A stretch of DNA of 64,000 bases from Podarcis melisellensis (Eukaryota), in NCBI GenBank assembly GCA_964234715.1, contig OZ174283.1; one strand, 5' to 3'. The notes beneath the pieces are model-generated. The model searched no databases. It saw nothing but the letters and a program-made list of their open reading frames with translations, and had not been told where the DNA came from. Both the position numbers and the translations under genes were made by a program. Positions 61,901 to 64,000 of this stretch are shown here, piece after piece. Each line of letters starts with the position of its first letter. Position 1 is the first letter of the stretch.

Positions 61901-62270
61901 CCAGCCATTAGTCACACACACCTTTTTATTTTTATTTTCATATTCTTGTGGTGAGGATTTGGAGAAATTTCTTTTATTTTATTGGTGGGACAGTTAATGT
62001 GATAAATATGAGGTGGCAGGGTGTTTGAAAAAGTGGTTAAAAAGCTTTATCACTCCTTCAGGTAGTGGCAAAACAACAATAAGAAGCAACAGAGACTGAT
62101 GTTGTTCCTCAGTGAGAATGTCCCAATACGAATGGGACAACTTTGTTTCATTCCTTCTGGGCTGTTCTCAGTGATGAGTTCTGTGTTGCAATTGTTGAAC
62201 ACTGTATGACCTTTGTTGTTAATTGCAGCTCTGCTGCCACTTAAAGTGGTGACAAAAGTTTTTCCTAGTA

Positions 62271-62482
62271 CAGTGGTACCTCGGGTTAAGAACTTAATTC
62301 GTTCTGGAGGTCCGTTCTAAACCTGAAACTGTTCTTAATCCGAGGTACCACTTTACCTAATGGGGCCTCCTGCTGCCACTGCACCACCGCTGCACGATTT
62401 CTGTTCTCATCCTGAAGCAAAGTTCTTAACCCAAGGTACTATTTCTGCTAACCTGAAGCATCTGTAACCCGAGGTACCACTG
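62271..62482. mobile_element. Tc1/mariner-superfamily MITE (same family as 981-1214)
   Basis: Same TIRs and internal sequence; TA TSD. Confidence 0.9.
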
Positions 62483-64000
62483 TAAAAGAAAGACAGCAAC
62501 CATTTGCCACCCCATATCTATTGTGTTAAGTCATGCACACAGAAACACACACAGAGAAAAATATGAGAAAATTTGCCCAAATATCACAAAAATATTAAGA
62601 GATTGTTTTGCCCACCTGAACCCTGAAATGCAGTAAAGTTTGGGCTGAATACTTTAACCAAGCACTACAATGTACACAAACTTGAAGTTATGTTAATAAG
62701 AATTTTTGCTGTGACATTGCATACCCCAGGGTTAAATAAAAATGGAATTATAATATTCTTCAATTTTGCTTTTTTCTGGTTGTAGAAATAAATGTTGAGT
62801 CTTCATACAGAATGCCAGATAAGGGCTTCACACTTCATAGGAGTAGTTTCCTTGGGGAGGAAAAATCCAAGACAATCTGTGACAATGAGTGTGACTGCCT
62901 GGACACAGCAGTATAACTAAAATGATGGCATGCATCAGTAGGTCTTCTCTGTGGAAACATCAGTGTGGGCACCATGTACAGGGAGACCTTGGCCATTTTT
63001 GATAGACTGGCAAAATGAAGTAAAAAATCAAGTATCCGTGTCTATTTAGTAATAGTTTATATTTAGTAATAGTTTATACACAATATATGTTTCCATTTAA
63101 GTTTATTGGCTGTATGTGGTGGTGGTGATTATTTAATTTTGTTTTTAGAAGACTTTAACAAGGATGAATTAAAAAAAATATGCTGACTTATGCAGCAGCT
63201 GATTCTAAATGAATATTTTAACAAATATTTGATGTAAAAAAAAAAAGCTAGCAAAAGTTCCATTGATTAGATAGGCATGAGAAGCCTGTATCCCACTAAA
63301 TCGTATTCCCTGTCTCTGGTTGTTGAGAAGGAGTGGCAGAATGTTTATGATATTCCCTTTAAGACTGTTCTGAAGGCAGACTGGTCTTGTCACCATCTCA
63401 CCTTTATTCTTGATAAGGAGCAGAGGGAAAATGCCTCATCCCACACTTCCTCTTCCCACTTGCCTGTGCATTCCAACAACAATGGACACTTCACTGAATG
63501 CCTGCAAGTTACAGATATAAGAACGCTGTGTCTTCTCCTTATTGCCCCATAGCTCTCCCTACAAACCACCTTCTCTGTGGTGATGCATTCAAGTTTCCAT
63601 TGTGGTAGCAATAGAAATAGGTCTAAATTCAGTGGCAACTTCATATCTCAGTTGATCCAGAATGAGCCGTGTCTTTGTTAAGAGGTAGGTGATTTGGAAA
63701 ATTTTCTTTTTTCCCCAGTAAATCACAGTGGAGGCATACCTCACAATCCCTGTCTTGAACATGAGGCAAACAGCAGGTAGCTGCAAGGGATGGTTCAGTG
63801 AATATATCCTTCTGCCTTGCCCCACTGGATATTCAGAATAACCAAATAACAGAAGTTCTGAACTTCCTTTCGTAGTTATTTGATTTGTTTCACTAAGAGA
63901 TTATACCCTAACCAAAGGGTATTGAGTTCTCTTCCTTCTCTGTCTCATTTTATAATCCAGCATTGAATCGGCTGTAGGTCAAAATGTAATGGCTGTAGTG

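Noticed and set aside
1-64000. Remaining 60-180 aa ORFs as host genes; CRISPR arrays or prokaryotic systems
   Set aside because: The ORFs have random-like composition or derive from SINE, MITE or LINE sequence; there are no regularly spaced repeat-spacer units and the DNA is clearly vertebrate

Overview
AT-rich, repeat-dense vertebrate genomic DNA, most likely a squamate (lizard), judging from five Sauria-type SINEs, tRNA-Lys/CR1 and Squam3-like SINEs, L2/CR1/L1/RTE fragments and Tc1-mariner and hAT MITEs. I could not identify a host exon, so the window reads as intron or intergenic sequence. The main feature is a full-length, apparently very young Ty3/Gypsy (Sushi/Tf1-like chromovirus) LTR retrotransposon on the minus strand (10484-16977). 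It has two 767-bp LTRs that look identical by eye, a 5-bp TSD (GTTAC), and intact gag and pol joined by a GGGAAAC -1 slip site with a predicted pseudoknot. Three things make it unusual. (1) There is no tRNA PBS; an 11-nt PBS is instead exactly complementary to a sequence 31 nt downstream of a TATA-like box in the LTR, as in Tf1-type self-priming. (2) pol stays open about 360 codons past a chromodomain that has lost its aromatic cage, reading through the PPT, all of U3 and the TATA box and stopping in R. (3) That tail carries an acidic FxGF motif and a basic NLS-like cluster, and a perfect GTAAGT donor sits at the 5'LTR/PBS junction. A young 5'-truncated L1 with a 37-bp TSD and an RTE-derived element with a 5' inversion are secondary oddities. 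Coordinates were counted by hand and family names come from recognition, not database searches.
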